From Azolla caroliniana (lineage: Eukaryota; Plantae; Polypodiophyta), in the NCBI GenBank assembly GCA_043228905.1, contig JBHGNT010000020.1, positions 10,540,001 to 10,604,000 of the forward strand: DNA of 64,000 nucleotides, given 5' to 3'. The first letter of the stretch is position 1. Every line of letters begins with the position of its first letter. The position numbers and the translations under genes are program-made. A model generated the notes under the pieces. That model was not told the origin of the DNA. It searched no databases and saw only the letters and a program-made list of their open reading frames with translations. Shown here piece after piece: positions 63,286-64,000 of this stretch.

Positions 63286-63965
63286 GCAAGTCTCTAACTA
63301 AATTATTGTTCTCATTTTTCTTGAAGATACCAAGTCTGTTTACTTGTTCGATGACCACTGATTACGACTTTCTTGTCAATCTCAACTAATGTGAAAGTAT
63401 GTAGGAAAGACATCAGAGTCAATACTTACTCTTAATGACCCTATATGCACTCTTGGCCATGGCAATGTGAGTGGAGATGACATAGCATTTGTGTGGGCTA
63501 TATATAATGAAGTTATGATATTCACCTATTGGTATGGCCCACTATGCAAGGTAATGGAATATGAGAACCAACAGCGCCGAGGATGTTTCTTGCAATTGCA
63601 ATTTGTCGTGCATGTAGGCCCCGGCTCATGAACCACGACCTTAGCACCCTTGTCATTGATAGATAAAGGCCATTATCTCTCGCCATCGCAGGTGCTTCCC
63701 TTGCTTCGGAGACCTCTCCATTTTGGATCGACCTATGCTAGAGATCTTTTGAAGACAAAAGTTATAATATATATAAGTTGAGAATCTCACATGTGCTGAA
63801 AACCAGATTCTTTCGTCTCTTTTTATTTTATTTACTTTTATATTTACTGAGTAATATTTATTTTATTTTGATTAATTGTTGTCAAAGACGAGACAACACT
63901 TAAGATGTAATATCTTGTTTGGTGTTAGAGGCCATTTTGGCGTTTTAAAAGACAACACTATATCT
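56545..63965. repeat. Dispersed ~40-90 bp stem-loop repeat family in dynein introns (~56550, 57690, 58690, 59580 rc, 61170, 61935, 63890 rc)
   Basis: Consensus GTCTTTTAAGAGGCCAAA(A)TGGCCTATGAGACCAAACAAGAGATTACATCTTAA. Confidence 0.8.
60630..60965 (+). pseudogene. LINE ORF2 C-terminal zinc-finger remnant in a dynein intron
   Basis: ICKVCNENLVKDEYHLLLACSAY motif. Confidence 0.6.
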
Positions 63966-64000
63966 TTAATGCACGAACCAAGGATGAACAAACAACAATG

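Overview
Eukaryotic land-plant genomic DNA. An axonemal dynein gene plus Tcn1-like chromoviruses point to a flagellated-sperm lineage such as a fern (inference). Bases 1-32.5 kb are a deeply nested LTR-retrotransposon island. It holds a three-LTR Tcn1-like chromovirus (225-12804, minus) carrying a young Tnt1-like copia (6593-11963, TSD GCTGT), copia and gypsy fragments in mixed orientations, a 2.06-kb insertion bounded by INVERTED LTRs with a clean TSD (15431-17488), a copia solo LTR, and a full non-chromovirus gypsy with a large extra ORF (19583-29445, TSD GGGAA). The rest holds a 7-coding-exon CID-domain (RPRD1-like) gene (minus), a solo LTR, a decayed LINE interrupted by a copia with an intact ORF (47215-52579, TSD AATAC), and the 5' part of a DNAH6-like axonemal dynein heavy chain gene. 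The most notable items are the inverted-LTR element and three signals in the chromovirus: a Tf1-type self-priming site, a tRNA-like Pol III module in the LTR, and a -1 frameshift signal. Coordinates were read by eye, and family names come from motif recognition, not database searches.
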